Source: Macrostomum lignano
Lineage: Eukaryota
Length of the DNA: 49,458 nt
Assembly: GCA_002269645.1 (NCBI GenBank)
Contig: NIVC01004344.1
Location: forward strand, 1 to 49,458
Direction: 5' to 3'
In this document: piece by piece, positions 48,089 through 49,458 of the stretch
Position numbering within the stretch: position 1 is the stretch's first letter
How the letters are laid out: every line of letters starts with the position of its first letter
Translations under genes and position numbers: made by a program
Notes under the pieces: model-generated
Databases searched by the model: none
The model's input: only the letters and a program-made list of their open reading frames with translations
Told to the model about the DNA's origin: nothing

Positions 48089-48167
48089 AAAAAAATTATT
48101 TTGCGCTTCTAAGATTCGAACCCAGGTCGCTACATTAGCATTCCAGTCTGTTCGCATCGGGGCTATC
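48089..48167 (-). pseudogene. tRNA-derived A/B-box module, unit 4
   Basis: - strand TAGCCCCGATG ... GGTTCGAATC ... T7. Confidence 0.58.
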
Positions 48168-48646
48168 TCTTTTCAATTGGAGAAGATGAATTGTGCCTTA
48201 TAATTCAATTCTTATAGCAAGTCAGTTAGAGTAAAAAGTTATGACATAATCAATTTCTCAGTCAGCCAGTATCAGTCTCAATTTAAGTTAGCAATATGGT
48301 TACGCAATTTCAATCAAGTTTTGTGTGCATTTTTTCGACACTGTTTTCAACTGGTTGTGATGCAATCTTTATCACAATTGAAATTCAGTCAGTCAGTTTT
48401 TTCTCTCGCATTTTACAATGCATTTCAGTCGAAAGAGCTGCTTGACCTTTGCAAAAAAGCATGTTTTCGAATATTTAATCCCTTTAAAATTGAGCAATTT
48501 CTTAGCCAAGATGCATGTACCGTCCCAGGAAAATTTCTGATCAAATGGTGCAAGTTTGAAGAAAATCGGTTGAGCCATTTTTTTCTGAAATCTATCGCAT
48601 ACCTACCCAATACATACATACAGACAACTCATTTTAGTATATTGGA

Positions 48647-49458
48647 CTAGCAATCTTTGCCCCCCGATGGGGGACATCTGGATAGAATCCTTGTTCTTTA
48701 CAAATAACAAATAGACAGCAAAAAAGCCTTCATAAAAAACAACAGACATTCCCTCTTTAAAAACAAAACAATCCCAAGACAGCAAGCATCCTCAGACAGC
48801 ATTCAAGCATCGATCCCCAAATAGCAAGCATCCCCCAGACTGCAAGCATCCCCAGACGCAAGCATCCCCCAGACTGCAAGCATCCCCCAGATAGCAAGCA
48901 TCCCCCCGATAGAAAGCAAACCCCAGATAGCAAGCATCCCCCGATAGAAAGCAACCACAGATAGCAAGCATCCCCCGATAGAAAGCAACCCAGATAGCAG
49001 AGCATCCCCCCGATAGAAAGCAACCCCAGATAGCAAGCATCCCCCGATAGAAAGCAACCCAGATAGCAAGCATCCCCAGATAGCAAGCATTCCCCAGACC
49101 CCAGATAGTAAGCATCCCCAGATAGCAAGCATCCCCCAGATAGCAAGCATCCCCAGATAGCAAGCATCCCCCAGATAGCAAGCATCCCAGATAGCAGCAT
49201 CCCCAGATAGCAAGCACCCCAGATAGCAAGCATCCCCAGATACAAGCATTCCCCCAGACCCCAGATAGTAAGCATCCCCAGATAGCAAGCACCCCAGATA
49301 GCAAGCATCCCCCAGATAGCAAGCATCCCCCAGATACCAAGCATTCCCCCAGACCCCAGATAGTAAGCATCCCCAGATAGCAAGCATCCCCCAGATAGCA
49401 AGCATCCCGGATCGCAAGAACCCGACAGCAAGCAACCCTGAGCAAGCATAACCTGGAT
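48647..49458 (-). mobile_element. Helitron-like unit 5 (3' part only, truncated by the window edge)
   Basis: CTAG plus GC hairpin plus the shared 3' block, followed by the 18-bp array. Confidence 0.75.
48775..49450. repeat. 18-bp minisatellite in unit 5 (expanded)
   Basis: About 37 GATAGCAAGCATCCCC(C)A-type copies with sub-variants. Confidence 0.93.

Larger units (their letters stand above)
45978..48646 (-). mobile_element. Non-autonomous Helitron-like unit 4
   Basis: + strand junctions TATAGGA|CTAG at 45977/45978 and TATTGGA|CTAG at 48646/48647. Same module order. Confidence 0.8.

Noticed and set aside
24694-48167. Calling the A/B-box modules functional tRNA genes
   Set aside because: I could not fold an acceptor stem or a proper anticodon stem. 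Only the boxes and T-arm are retained.
21606-49449. ORFs with PPDSKH, IASIPQ, GCLLSG, LGDACY or SNIKEPPCQT repeats
   Set aside because: Translations of the 18-bp and 23-bp minisatellites inside the Helitron units.
1-49458. Assigning the organism (flatworm-like, for example Macrostomum)
   Set aside because: The style (short introns, repeat-filled introns, acceptors near ATG) is compatible but not diagnostic. It needs a BLAST of FOXRED2.

Overview
Eukaryotic (metazoan, probably invertebrate) genomic DNA with spliceosomal introns. No rRNA, intact tRNA or CRISPR array was seen. The left ~21 kb is gene-containing: a probable orphan terminal exon (2084-2313), a 2-exon secreted CUB-like/LDLa protein with a GPI-like tail, a 2-exon 6-finger C2H2 gene, an internally deleted piggyBac, a 3-exon FOXRED2 (- strand), and the first exons of an iGluR/ANF-receptor-type gene interrupted by a 2.2 kb 16-bp minisatellite. 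Two small TIR elements with clear target-site duplications also lie here. The right ~28 kb is almost entirely five non-autonomous Helitron-like units on the - strand (5'-TC...hairpin-CTAG-3') in two head-to-tail arrays. Each complete unit has the same order of modules: conserved 5' block, tRNA-derived A/B-box module, large minisatellite, spacer, 18-bp minisatellite, 3' hairpin. In one unit the large slot holds a different 24-bp satellite expanded to ~15 kb with ~2.9-3.0 kb higher-order repeats. Most long ORFs in the track are repeat artefacts. Scattered single-base homopolymer indels suggest an error-prone long-read assembly, so frameshifts and array lengths need read-level checks. All alignments were done by eye and copy numbers are approximate.
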